In this document: piece after piece, positions 1 to 9,626 of the stretch
Layout: each line of letters begins with the position of its first letter
Position numbering within the stretch: the stretch's first letter is position 1
Origin: Spirochaetia bacterium
GTDB taxonomy: Bacteria; Spirochaetota; Spirochaetia; CADAEX01
NCBI GenBank assembly: GCA_963662795.1
Contig: OY759746.1
Span: 3,712,001-3,776,000 of the forward strand
Direction: 5' to 3'
Length of the DNA: 64,000 bases
Notes under the pieces: model-generated
What the model was told of the DNA's origin: nothing
What the model saw: the letters and a program-made list of their open reading frames with translations, nothing else
The model's database searches: none
Translations under genes and position numbers: made by a program

Positions 1-1423
1 TTTCATTTCCAACTTCCTCACGGCACAGAGGAACAGTACCGTCAAGTAAAACCGGCATATCCCTTTTTATATGCCAGCATGGTATCCTGTTAAGAGGAGA
101 GATGTCTGTTACTTTCCTGTCAGGCAGAAATCCGCAGAAATTATCGTATTTCTGCACTATTACCTTTTTATTATCCTGTTTCCAGGATTTATAGAACTTT
201 TCAAGGGGTTTCTCATTTTCATGCATTCTTACAGCCTGGATATAGGTAGTTTCAGGAAAATTACTGTTAAGGAGTGCGGAAAACGATAAAGCATCATCAT
301 ATCCTTCCCCGCGAAGCTGCAAATAAACGCCCCTGTCATCTGTATCCAGAGAAACAATCCAGATAAGCCTGTCCCCGAAAAGTTCTTTTTTACCGGCAAG
401 GGTTTCAATTATCCCGTTCTTCCACCCGATTGCCGAAGTTTCTATTACAAGAGTCATTTTTTTATTTTCAAGGGTTTTAAGGATAAACTTCTCAATCTGC
501 GGATGACTTGAGGGCTCTCCCCAGAGGGAAAGAGAGATTACGGCATCTTCCGAGAAACTGCTGATCTTTTCGAGAATCATGCAGTATTTATCATAATCCA
601 TATAGCTGTTTCCGGAGAGAAGACCCGGATTCATTTTCGGATACGGGCAGTATAAACAGGATTGAAAGCACCTGTCAGTTATCTGGATCGGATAGTAGGC
701 AGGAAGGGTCCTCAGCATCTGCTGGTCTGCAGAAGTAATGCTATTGATCCTCTTTTCCCCTTTTACGCCGGCTTTTTCAAACCTTTCAAGCATCAGAAAA
801 TTCCTTTTTGAATCCGCAGTAAGTGATATTCTCAGCATCCTGAGGTCTATCTCTGAAATGTCTGTTTCAATGTCAAAGGAATTAATGTCCCTCTGTATAA
901 CTGAGAAAACAGTGCCGCGCTCAAGTTTAAGGGGCTCCTTGTCCGAGAGGACTTTAAGCGCATCTGCAATTTCAAACGCGATTATTTCAGGCGTAATTCC
1001 GTAGGGAGCTCCGTCAGCGAAACTGTACTGAGCGCTGTACAGCAGATGATTTTCATACATCCTTTTTGCCGTATTGATATCAAGAAACGGACAATCACCG
1101 TAGATATAAAAGAGATGGCTGCTGCGGTCAGCATTTTTCAGAAAAGCTTCAAAAAGAGAACTTGAATCCCAGGATTCCCTGCTAATTATCGATATTTCAT
1201 GTCCCTGTTTTCCGGCTGGATGATTCAGCATGGATACAGTTTCTGCAAGTTTTTTTTCAATTTTCTCTTTTTCAGATTCACTGCACAGAATGTAAATCTT
1301 ACCGGCAGCCGGCAGCCGGACTGAATAGTTTAAAACAGATTTAAAACTTGTGTTTCCCGACGGCAGATTTTTGAAAATATAATCCGATGCATTGATGCAA
1401 TTGATAAATACTGAATTTTTCAT
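1..1423 (-). CDS. spiro-SPASM protein (nucleotidyltransferase-like N-terminus + radical-SAM-like + SPASM); 3' end runs off the window
   Basis: Not in the ORF track because there is no stop in the window. Manual translation from ATG 1423 gives MKNSVFINCINASDY...RTLPAYYPIQITDRCFQSCLYCPYP (CxxxCxxC)...QKYDNFCGFLPDRKVTDISPLNRIPCWHIKRDMPVLLDGTVPLCREE. Confidence 0.85.
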   Translation of the reverse strand, partial: MKNSVFINCINASDYIFKNLPSGNTSFKSVLNYSVRLPAAGKIYILCSESEKEKIEKKLAETVSMLNHPAGKQGHEISIISRESWDSSSLFEAFLKNADRSSHLFYIYGDCPFLDINTAKRMYENHLLYSAQYSFADGAPYGITPEIIAFEIADALKVLSDKEPLKLERGTVFSVIQRDINSFDIETDISEIDLRMLRISLTADSKRNFLMLERFEKAGVKGEKRINSITSADQQMLRTLPAYYPIQITDRCFQSCLYCPYPKMNPGLLSGNSYMDYDKYCMILEKISSFSEDAVISLSLWGEPSSHPQIEKFILKTLENKKMTLVIETSAIGWKNGIIETLAGKKELFGDRLIWIVSLDTDDRGVYLQLRGEGYDDALSFSALLNSNFPETTYIQAVRMHENEKPLEKFYKSWKQDNKKVIVQKYDNFCGFLPDRKVTDISPLNRIPCWHIKRDMPVLLDGTVPLCREEVGNE

Positions 1424-1495
1424 ACTATATCATAATATCGTCAATACAGGCCCCGGTGTAAAGTGTTATACCTCCAAACAATAGTTATAAATTGA

Positions 1496-1524
1496 TTGAA
1501 AAAAGCAGTTTAAATCATTACTAT
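1496..1524 (+). promoter_or_regulatory. sigma70-like promoter of xseA, probably leaderless
   Basis: TTGAAA(1496)-17 nt-TACTAT(1519); ATG 7 nt after the -10; no clear SD. Confidence 0.55.
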
Positions 1525-1531
1525 TGGTTTT

Positions 1532-2797
1532 ATGTTTGATTTAAAAGGAAGATGTCTGAAGGTATTTGAGCTCACATCGCTGATCAAGGAGACACTGGAA
1601 TCGCAATTTTACTCTTTACAGGTCGAAGGGGAAGTTTCAAACTTCAAACCTTCAAGCACAGGGCACTATTATTTCAGTCTGAAAGACAGCAGCTCAATGA
1701 TTTCAGCAGTACTCTTTAAAAATGCAGCCAAAAACCTTTTATATCTTCCGTCAGACGGAGAGCTTGTAAGGGTTACGGGTGATGTTTCAGTTTATCCTCA
1801 GCGGGGAAGCTACCAGATTATCTGCCACACAATCGAGAAAGCGGGAGAAGGAGAAATTCTTGCCCGGCTTGAGAAGCTTAAAAAACTGCTTGCCGCAGAG
1901 GGGCTTTTTGATGAAGCACACAAAAAGAAGCTTCCATTGATACCCAGGAAAATCGGGGTTGTCACCTCCCCGACAGGAGCCGCAATTAAGGATATTTTAA
2001 GAGTGCTTAAACGGCGGAACAACCGTATAAATCTTATTGTACTTCCCGCTCCTGTACAGGGAGAAGATGCGCCCAGGCTGATTGCTACGCAGATCAGGCG
2101 GGCCAACATGCTTAAAATAGCTGATGTCCTTATTGTAGGCCGCGGCGGCGGCTCACTTGAGGATTTGCTTGCTTTTTCATCCGAGGAGGTTGTAAGAGCT
2201 GTATATGAATCAGAAATACCTGTTATATCAGCGGTCGGCCATGAGATTGATGTATCGCTGTCTGATTTTGCCGCGGACCTAAAGGCCCCCACCCCTTCCG
2301 CAGCTGCAGAAATTGTATCTATGGAATCAGACAGGATAAGCACAATTCTCTCAGATGCTGTTGTTTCAATGAGAGGAGCGCTCAGGCGCAAAATGGAAAT
2401 ACTCTCTTTGAGACTCGACAATGCTTCCCCGATTCAGATGGAAAGGCTTATCAAAAGGAATTTAAACCTTGCCAGCCAGCGTCTTGACGACAACAGTGAA
2501 AATATAAAAAGGATAATAACAGATAAACTTAAAATGGCAGGGATGAATCTTGCGCTTATAATAAGCAATCTTAACGCTTCATCGCCGGAAGAGATATTTA
2601 AAAAAGGTTATGCCGCAGTTTTCAATAATTCACGGGACAGGTTTATAAAATCTGCTTTTGAGGCAAATCCGGGCGATGAGATATCAGTACGGTTTTTAAA
2701 AGATATCCTTAAGACCGAGGCAAAATCAGCTTTAAAAATTGATACAGGACAGGAAAGCGGTACAAAGACGGGAACTGAGAGGAAAAAAGGAGATTAA
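1532..2797 (+). CDS. xseA: exodeoxyribonuclease VII large subunit
   Basis: GEVSNF..SSTGHYYFSLKD, VVTSPTGAAIKDI, GRGGGSLEDL, SAVGHEID, APTPSAAAE. Confidence 0.97.
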   Translation: MFDLKGRCLKVFELTSLIKETLESQFYSLQVEGEVSNFKPSSTGHYYFSLKDSSSMISAVLFKNAAKNLLYLPSDGELVRVTGDVSVYPQRGSYQIICHTIEKAGEGEILARLEKLKKLLAAEGLFDEAHKKKLPLIPRKIGVVTSPTGAAIKDILRVLKRRNNRINLIVLPAPVQGEDAPRLIATQIRRANMLKIADVLIVGRGGGSLEDLLAFSSEEVVRAVYESEIPVISAVGHEIDVSLSDFAADLKAPTPSAAAEIVSMESDRISTILSDAVVSMRGALRRKMEILSLRLDNASPIQMERLIKRNLNLASQRLDDNSENIKRIITDKLKMAGMNLALIISNLNASSPEEIFKKGYAAVFNNSRDRFIKSAFEANPGDEISVRFLKDILKTEAKSALKIDTGQESGTKTGTERKKGD

Positions 2798-2799
2798 AA

Positions 2800-3033
2800 A
2801 TGAAAGGTTTTGAAGAAAAACTTACAAGACTTGAAGAGATCAATGAAAAAATGAAAGAAGATGAAGTAACAATAGATAAATCAATGCTCCTTTTTGAGGA
2901 AGGGATTAAAATAGCCAGGGTTCTTCAGAAAGAGCTTGATAAAATGGAGAGAAAGGTCGAGATGCTTATCAATCAGCCTGAAACTCCGGATGAAAAACCT
3001 GTGCTTGAACTTTTCCCTGAGCTTGACAGCTGA
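2800..3033 (+). CDS. xseB: exodeoxyribonuclease VII small subunit
   Basis: FEEKLTRLEEI...SMLLFEEG; directly after xseA with GGAG SD. Confidence 0.93.
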   Translation: MKGFEEKLTRLEEINEKMKEDEVTIDKSMLLFEEGIKIARVLQKELDKMERKVEMLINQPETPDEKPVLELFPELDS

Positions 3034-3039
3034 TTACTT

Positions 3040-3522
3040 TCACTGCCCTGAAGGGAAAATAATTTCATCTCCTTCTTTTATCCCTTTCTCTTTAAAATAA
3101 CCCCTGTTTACCTCAAGCGCATATCTAACAAAGTTTTTTGATTCTACAGCGGCAAGTGACTGCGGGCTCATTTCCCTTATTTCCTTGATAATCCCGTCTG
3201 AATTGATAAATGCTATGGACAGCGGTATAACAGTGTTTTTCATCCAGAATGAAAGCTTTCTGTCGCTTTCAAATATAAAGAGCATACCTTTGTCAGGATC
3301 AAGCGATTTTCTGTACATAAGCCCTTTTGCTCTCTCATTTTCAGTCTTTGCGATTTCGACAGTAAGGGCTTTTCCATTAATTGTAATAATCTTTTTTTCA
3401 AGTGTATCAGAAGCATGACAGGAGGAAATGGATGAGATACCAATAATCAAAAAAATTGCTTTTAAATAAAATGAACCGGCGGGGAGATTTTTTTCGGACT
3501 TTTTTTCTGTTTTTTTATTCAT
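3040..3522 (-). CDS. DUF192 family exported protein/lipoprotein
   Basis: VEIAKT..ER.KGLMYR..L...GMLFIF, FWMKNT.IPLSIAFI, YALEVN.G. Confidence 0.9.
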   Translation of the reverse strand: MNKKTEKKSEKNLPAGSFYLKAIFLIIGISSISSCHASDTLEKKIITINGKALTVEIAKTENERAKGLMYRKSLDPDKGMLFIFESDRKLSFWMKNTVIPLSIAFINSDGIIKEIREMSPQSLAAVESKNFVRYALEVNRGYFKEKGIKEGDEIIFPSGQ

Positions 3523-3595
3523 ATTTTAATTATTTCACCTGCTGTTCAATGGGCTGTCTTTTAAAAGAATCTTACCGGCATTCTGCTGCAAATCA

Positions 3596-4303
3596 TCAAA
3601 ACAGTTTCAGAAATTCTTCTTTGTTTTTACTGCCCCTGTCTTCAACACCTTTGCGCTCTTTTGCAATTTCGTCCAGTGAATTTCTATCCATATATTTGAT
3701 GCTGAGCGGTTTTTCAAGGCTTATAAAAACACCGCTGTTTTCCCAGTATGCTCCCTTCGGATCAAGCCTCGCTGCTTTGCCGTATTTGCCTTCAAGGAGC
3801 ATATGCATTGTATAAAAATCAAGCCTTTCCCTGTTGAAAACAAGAGTTATGATAAATAGTTTTTTATTGTAGAACTGGAAATATCCTTTTTCGATAAAAG
3901 AGTAACCGCGGCTCTCAATAAGCTGCTGATTGACAGAAGCCAGCATAGTTACATCGGGATCTCCCCTGTAATCAAAATAAGAATTTTCTGTCAAAGCTTT
4001 TTTTACATCTTCCATACTCATGCCGAGGGTAATATTCATAAATCCTGCAGGGAGATTTTCCCGAATATCTCCTTTTTTCAGCCCTTCCGCCCCCGATATT
4101 GCCCCGGATACAGGTGAGTCTGCCGGGGAAGCTGCTGACGGAAGTACCTCCGTCCCCGGTTTCATTTCCTGAGCAGAAAGCAGACAGTTCCACGTAATCA
4201 GAAAAATCAGAATCATGAAAAAAAAGCGCTTTAATATCATTAGTTTTATATCGGAATTATTGGTTTTATCTTGAATCAACTCATCCTTCCTTATAACAGC
4301 CAT
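3596..4303 (-). CDS. exported hypothetical protein (true start possibly ATG 4240)
   Basis: Signal peptide (FFFMILIFLITWNCLLSA); globular C-terminal part YRGDPDVTML...FYNKKLFIITLVFN; co-oriented with DUF192. Confidence 0.7.
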   Translation of the reverse strand: MAVIRKDELIQDKTNNSDIKLMILKRFFFMILIFLITWNCLLSAQEMKPGTEVLPSAASPADSPVSGAISGAEGLKKGDIRENLPAGFMNITLGMSMEDVKKALTENSYFDYRGDPDVTMLASVNQQLIESRGYSFIEKGYFQFYNKKLFIITLVFNRERLDFYTMHMLLEGKYGKAARLDPKGAYWENSGVFISLEKPLSIKYMDRNSLDEIAKERKGVEDRGSKNKEEFLKLF

Positions 4304-4396
4304 ACCCGATGAGAAAGACTTGATTGCAATAAAGGGATATTATAGACTTGTTTTTAAAGAAACGGAAAACTGTTAACAGTTTTAAAGGAGTACATA

Positions 4397-4987
4397 ATGA
4401 AAAATAAAAAAATATTGCTTCAGCGCGCCACCAATGAAACAGATCTGACTGTCGAACTTGACATATCCGGCGACGGGGGAATTGAAATAAAAACACAGCT
4501 TCCTTTTCTCAATCATCTGCTTACTTCAATGGCTTTTCACGGAAATTTTTCACTCAGGGTAAACGGAATCGGCGATGTAGAAGTCGACCCGCACCATCTT
4601 GTCGAGGATGTAGGGCTTGTAATTGGAGATGCTTTTTTCAAGACAATTGAACAATTCGGCCCTGTTATGAGGTTCGGCCATTCTGTAATTCCCATGGATG
4701 AAGCGCTTTCCGAAGTTACGGTTGATGCAAGCGGACGGCCTTACTGCATATACAAGGCAGATTATCCCCAGCCCTATTCCGGAGCATTCAGCATGTCTCT
4801 GTTAAACGAATTTTTCCATGCTTTTACAGTAAAGGCCCAGATTACACTGCATGCAGAGTGCAGATACGGGAAAAACAGCCACCACATGGCAGAATCACTG
4901 TTTAAAGCATTTGGAAAAGCCTTAAGCCAGGCATATCAGCCGGTTAAGGATGGAGCAGGCGTTTTATCGACAAAAGGTAAAATATAA
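4397..4987 (+). CDS. hisB: imidazoleglycerol-phosphate dehydratase
   Basis: RATNETD, DPHHLVED, PMDEAL, NSHHMAESLFKAFG, STKG; AAGGAG SD. Confidence 0.97.
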   Translation: MKNKKILLQRATNETDLTVELDISGDGGIEIKTQLPFLNHLLTSMAFHGNFSLRVNGIGDVEVDPHHLVEDVGLVIGDAFFKTIEQFGPVMRFGHSVIPMDEALSEVTVDASGRPYCIYKADYPQPYSGAFSMSLLNEFFHAFTVKAQITLHAECRYGKNSHHMAESLFKAFGKALSQAYQPVKDGAGVLSTKGKI

Positions 4988-5116
4988 CCGTATAAAAAGT
5001 AATCAAGATCATGAATATTGTTATAATTTATTCTTATTATTATCTCTTTACAATTTACTTTATATTATAATAAGTTATATACGTTTAGGTTGTTATTTCT
5101 TCATGGTTGTAATAAA

Positions 5117-5455
5117 ATGAATAAGAAGTTTGATAAAAACGATATTTTAAAAAAGATTCCTGAGAACGGTTTTACAAAACTGACATCTACTGGAAAAAAC
5201 GATTTAAAAACAAGTGACCGAGTTTTTTTAAACAGAAAGGGCAACCAGTTTTTTAATGAGGGGAAAGTTGACGCTGCAAAAAGAATTTTCCTTACTACAG
5301 GGTATTCAGACGGGCTAATAAGAGTCGGCGACTATTATTACGAAAATAACAATTATGTTGAAGCCTTGAAAATGTATACCCTTGCACCATCTACCCGGAA
5401 AAAAGATGAGCTGGTTGAAAAAATCAGCAGCATAATTAAAGACTGGATTAAATGA
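5117..5455 (+). CDS. small TPR-like helical protein
   Basis: LNRKGNQFFNEG..DAAKRIFLTTGYSDGLIRVGDYY; ATG 5117 preferred over TTG 5090; upstream of a TPR gene. Confidence 0.7.
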   Translation: MNKKFDKNDILKKIPENGFTKLTSTGKNDLKTSDRVFLNRKGNQFFNEGKVDAAKRIFLTTGYSDGLIRVGDYYYENNNYVEALKMYTLAPSTRKKDELVEKISSIIKDWIK

Positions 5456-5480
5456 ATACGATTTTAACCGTTTTTTCGAG

Positions 5481-6626
5481 GTGAAATTAATGATTGACAA
5501 AACTGATTTTGAGTTTCTTGATATTCCCGATACAGGACAATCCGATGATGATAACCTTAAGCGGGAAATTTCCGAACTTTCAAAATCGGGATATCAACTT
5601 CTAAAAGACGATAATATTGTTGATGCTGAAGTTACATTCAAAAAAATACTTGAAAAAGATCCGGAAAATAATTACGCGTTTGTGGGGCTCGGCGATGCAG
5701 AGAGAAAAAAAAGAAACTACAGAACTGCAATTGAATACTATCAGAAGTGTCTTGAAAAATATCCTGACAACAATTATGCCCTTTTCGGACTCGCCGATTG
5801 CTATAAATCATTAAACCAGTATAAACTAGCCATAGCAATCTGGGAACAGTACCTCAAACATGACAATAAAAACATAACAGTCCTTACAAGAATAGCTGAT
5901 GCCTACAGGAAAGTGAGGAATTTCTCGAAATCAAAAGAAATTTATTTAAGCGTTCTCGATATGGATGCAGAAAATGCATACGCAATTATCGGACTCGGAC
6001 ATCTTCATTTTGATTTCAGATTTTACGATGATGCACAGTATTACCTGAAAAAAATGCTGGATAAGGATGAAAGAGTTGATATCCGGGTCCTTACAACACT
6101 TGGGAACTGCCATAGAAAACTTAAAACATATGATCAGGGAATCTATTATTTCAAAAAAGCGCTTGAAATGGAAAAAGATAATTTCTATGCATTATTCGGA
6201 ATTGCAAACTGTTACAGAGGCCTCAACATGCATCAGGAAGCGCTTGACAGCTGGCTTCAGATCCTTGAATTTGACGGCAACAATAAGGTTATACTTACAA
6301 GGGCAGGCGATTCTTACCGAAATTTAAAGGAATATGAAAAAGCCGAAGAATATTACAGCAAGGCATTAAATATAGAATTTGATGAATATGCCATACTGGG
6401 GCTTGCCTATATCAACAAAATCAAGGGAAATTACAAAGAAGCAATCGAATCTCTTGAAGCCCTGATAAAGCACGACCCGAAAAATTACAGGCTTTACAGT
6501 GAACTTATCGACTGCTACATACAGGTGAAGGATAAAAAGAGTATTACCGCAATCCTTGCCGAATATCAAAAGAACGGCCTTAAAACTGCCTATATTTTAA
6601 ATATACTTGAAAAACTGAATCTCTGA
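5481..6626 (+). CDS. tetratricopeptide repeat protein
   Basis: Many tandem TPR-like repeats (NNYAFVGLGDAERK, NNYALFGLADCY, NKVILTRAGDSY). Confidence 0.92.
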   Translation: MKLMIDKTDFEFLDIPDTGQSDDDNLKREISELSKSGYQLLKDDNIVDAEVTFKKILEKDPENNYAFVGLGDAERKKRNYRTAIEYYQKCLEKYPDNNYALFGLADCYKSLNQYKLAIAIWEQYLKHDNKNITVLTRIADAYRKVRNFSKSKEIYLSVLDMDAENAYAIIGLGHLHFDFRFYDDAQYYLKKMLDKDERVDIRVLTTLGNCHRKLKTYDQGIYYFKKALEMEKDNFYALFGIANCYRGLNMHQEALDSWLQILEFDGNNKVILTRAGDSYRNLKEYEKAEEYYSKALNIEFDEYAILGLAYINKIKGNYKEAIESLEALIKHDPKNYRLYSELIDCYIQVKDKKSITAILAEYQKNGLKTAYILNILEKLNL

Positions 6627-6633
6627 GGAACAG

Positions 6634-7647
6634 ATGAAAATACCTCTGTCAGGACTGCTGCCTGACGAAATTTGTACTATCCTTTCCCTTGATAAATCAT
6701 TCAGGGGGAAGCAGATATTCAAGGCGATATACAGCGGCACAGCAGAATTAAAAGATATTACAACCCTTCCCTCACCCCTGCGTATAAGTTTATCGGAAAA
6801 ATACACACTTCTCAGCTCGTTTCCCGAAAAGATACTTAAGGACGATGACGGTACCGGTAAAATGTCGATTATCCTTTCAGACAGCCTAAAAATTGAATGC
6901 GTCCTTTTGACAGACGGAAAAAACAGAAAAACCGCCTGTATTTCAACACAGGCAGGATGCGCTATGGGCTGTCTTTTCTGCAAGACCGGGGAGGGCGGTT
7001 TTTTCAGAAACCTTACAGCCAATGAAATAACTGAACAGTTTATTCATCTGACAGCGCAGTTCGGTCATATTTCCAACATTGTATTTATGGGGATGGGAGA
7101 GCCGCTTGATAATATCGACAATCTTTTTAAGGCATCAGAAGTTTTAAGCTGCCAGGAGGGAGCAGGTATAAGCCCGAAGAAGATGACAGTATCGACCTGC
7201 GGCCTTGCGGATAAAATAAGGTTTATGGCAGAGAACGGCCCTCCGTTGAGGCTTGCCTTGTCTCTTAATGCCTCAAACCAGGGTAAAAGGGAAAAAATAA
7301 TGCCTATAGCAGGGAAACATCCCCTGAGTGAACTGAAAAGAGCGCTTATCCATTACCAGGAGAAAAGAGGAAAGCGGATAACACTCGAATATGTTCTGAT
7401 AAAAGGATTCAATACTGAAAAAAATGATGCTGAAGCTCTGCAGAACTTTGTAAAAGGGCTTTCCGCGATAGTTAACCTGATACCATGGAATCCGGCACCC
7501 GGCCTTGATTTTAAAACACCATCCAGTGATGAAACCGAAAGATTCTGCCGTTATCTCGATGATTTGAATATCAATTATGCTCTTCGAAGGGAGAAAGGGA
7601 GAACAATAAAAGGGGCATGCGGGCAGCTTGCCTCACAGCAGGACTAA
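6634..7647 (+). CDS. rlmN: 23S rRNA m2A2503/tRNA m2A37 radical SAM methyltransferase
   Basis: CISTQAGCAMGCLFC, VFMGMGEP, EYVLI, VNLIPWNP, GACGQL. Confidence 0.93.
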   Translation: MKIPLSGLLPDEICTILSLDKSFRGKQIFKAIYSGTAELKDITTLPSPLRISLSEKYTLLSSFPEKILKDDDGTGKMSIILSDSLKIECVLLTDGKNRKTACISTQAGCAMGCLFCKTGEGGFFRNLTANEITEQFIHLTAQFGHISNIVFMGMGEPLDNIDNLFKASEVLSCQEGAGISPKKMTVSTCGLADKIRFMAENGPPLRLALSLNASNQGKREKIMPIAGKHPLSELKRALIHYQEKRGKRITLEYVLIKGFNTEKNDAEALQNFVKGLSAIVNLIPWNPAPGLDFKTPSSDETERFCRYLDDLNINYALRREKGRTIKGACGQLASQQD

Positions 7648-7671
7648 GGATTTCTCAAGGCTCCCGTTTAT

Positions 7672-7708
7672 AAAAAAACCGGAATGAATAAATCACTCCG
7701 GCTGTTTT
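7672..7708. terminator. bidirectional intrinsic terminator between convergent rlmN and alaS
   Basis: A-tract-CCGGAATGA-loop-TCACTCCGG-T-rich tail. Confidence 0.55.
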
Positions 7709-7750
7709 AACAATAATTCGAACGATAGTTCAATAATGATCCTGAAATAT

Positions 7751-9550
7751 TCAACTGAGCTCGGCCCTTATTCTCCTTACTCCGGCAGATGATGACTGCT
7801 CTTTGGTAATTCTGAATTTTCCAAGCTCGCCGGTATTTTTAACATGCGGCCCTCCGCAGACTTCCTTGGAGAAACTGTCTATGGTGTAAACCTTTACCGT
7901 CTCTTCATATTTGTCGCTGAAAAACGCAAACGCGCCCGCATCCCTTGCCGCTGCAAGGCTCATCACTTCCATTGTTACCGGATAATCAGCTTCTATCTGT
8001 TTATTTACAATATCCTCTACCTTTTTTATCTCTTCGGGACTCATTGGAGAAGGGTGTGAAAAATCAAATCTGAGCCTTTCAGCTGTGATATTTGATCCTT
8101 TCTGCCGGACATGCTCCCCCAGAACTATCCGCAGTGCCTTGTGAAGAAGGTGGGTTGCTGTATGATATCTTGTTGTTATTTCCGAATGGTCCGCAAGGCC
8201 TCCCTTGAAAACCTTGTCTGCTCCCTGTTTTGATAGTTCCTGGTGCTTCCTGAACGCCTCATCAAATCCCTTTCTGTCTACTGTAAGACCGTGTTCTGAT
8301 GCGAGTTCCTGGGTAATTTCAACCGGAAATCCATATGTATCGTACAGTTTAAAAGCAAGCCTGCCCGGAATAATTTTCGCATTTCCCTTAAGAAGATTGG
8401 GAAGCATCTTTTCAAACTCACCCTCTCCCTTGACAAGAGCTGCTGTAAAACGCTCTTCCTCAAGTTCAAGTTCCCTGATGATTAAATCCCTGTTCTTAAG
8501 GAGTTCAGGATATACGTCCCTGTACATATCAATTACAACATCAGCGGGAGAAGAAAGGAACATTCCGTTTATACCGAGTTTTCTTCCATGCCTTATCGCA
8601 CGCCTTATTATACGCCTCAGAATATATCCCTGTCCGAGGTTTGAAGGCTTAACCCCTCTTTCATCTCCAAGGATAAAAACAGATGTTTTCACATGGTCTG
8701 AAATAATTCTCATGGAAACATCCTTTCCGGAGGATGTGTCTGATCCGTATTCATAACCTGTAATATCTTCAAGATTTTTTATTATCGGAACAAAGAATTC
8801 CGTATCATATACAGATTTTTTCCCTTCAAGCATTGCTATTGTTCTTTCAACGCCCATCCCTGTATCAACGCATTTTCTCTTCATCAGCTCATAAGAGCCG
8901 TCATTTTTTTTGATATACTGCATGAATACATCGTTCCAGATCTCGACAAATTTTCCGCAGGAACACCCGGGTTTACAGTCAGGGCCGCATAACGGTTTTC
9001 CTGTGTCGATAAACATTTCCGAATCCGGTCCGCAGGGCCCGGTTTCCCCGGCAGGCCCCCACCAGTTGTCTTCCCGCGGCAGCATGTAAATGCGGTTTTC
9101 CGGTATGCCGATAGACCTCCAGATATTCTGTGCTTCAGTATCAGGAGGTACTCCGGTTCCCTCTTCCCCTTCAAATACAGTTACGGAAAGTGTATCCGGG
9201 TCAAGGCCGAGCCATTCCTTCGACATAAGGAATTCATAGCTCCAGGAGAGTGCATCCTTTTTAAAATAATCTCCCAGAGACCAGTTGCCGAGCATCTCGA
9301 AAAAGGTCAGATGAGTTGTATCGCCAACAGAGTCTATATCGCCTGTCCTTATGCATTTCTGATAATTTACCAGCCGTGTTCCTGCGGGATGGCTCTCGCC
9401 CAGAAGATACGGAACAAGAGGATGCATTCCGGCTGTTGTGAATAATACAGTAGGATCGTTTTCCGGGATCAGTGATTTCCCCGATATCTGCTTATGTCCT
9501 TTGCTGATAAAAAAATTGATGTATTTTTCCCGTAATTCTTTTCCTGTCAT
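7751..9550 (-). CDS. alaS: alanine--tRNA ligase, short form without C-Ala domain
   Basis: DPTVLFTTAGM, HLTFFEMLGNWS.GDYFK, DTGMGVER, editing HTATH and CGGPH; ends at GVRRIRA. Confidence 0.97.
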   Translation of the reverse strand: MTGKELREKYINFFISKGHKQISGKSLIPENDPTVLFTTAGMHPLVPYLLGESHPAGTRLVNYQKCIRTGDIDSVGDTTHLTFFEMLGNWSLGDYFKKDALSWSYEFLMSKEWLGLDPDTLSVTVFEGEEGTGVPPDTEAQNIWRSIGIPENRIYMLPREDNWWGPAGETGPCGPDSEMFIDTGKPLCGPDCKPGCSCGKFVEIWNDVFMQYIKKNDGSYELMKRKCVDTGMGVERTIAMLEGKKSVYDTEFFVPIIKNLEDITGYEYGSDTSSGKDVSMRIISDHVKTSVFILGDERGVKPSNLGQGYILRRIIRRAIRHGRKLGINGMFLSSPADVVIDMYRDVYPELLKNRDLIIRELELEEERFTAALVKGEGEFEKMLPNLLKGNAKIIPGRLAFKLYDTYGFPVEITQELASEHGLTVDRKGFDEAFRKHQELSKQGADKVFKGGLADHSEITTRYHTATHLLHKALRIVLGEHVRQKGSNITAERLRFDFSHPSPMSPEEIKKVEDIVNKQIEADYPVTMEVMSLAAARDAGAFAFFSDKYEETVKVYTIDSFSKEVCGGPHVKNTGELGKFRITKEQSSSAGVRRIRAELS

Positions 9551-9557
9551 AGTGGAG

Positions 9558-9587
9558 ATATTATTGTTTGAGTTGTTGCTTTGTCAA
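9558..9587 (-). promoter_or_regulatory. sigma70-like promoter of alaS, probably leaderless
   Basis: Minus strand TTGACA-18 nt-TAATAT, then CTCCACT (no SD) and ATG. Confidence 0.5.
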
Positions 9588-9626
9588 GCGCTGAGAGAAA
9601 AACTGTTGCTTATGGATTATTACATC

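Noticed and set aside
71-1004. Short plus-strand ORFs 71-289 and 738-1004
   Set aside because: They lie antisense to the spiro-SPASM gene.
1810-2421. 203-aa minus-strand ORF and the many similar Ser/Ile-rich antisense ORFs (e.g. 8205-8756, 23748-24218, 45008-45508, 53977-54543)
   Set aside because: Reverse-frame shadows of well-supported genes.
4397-4987. Isolated hisB outside a his operon
   Set aside because: Scattered biosynthetic genes are ordinary and the protein is canonical.
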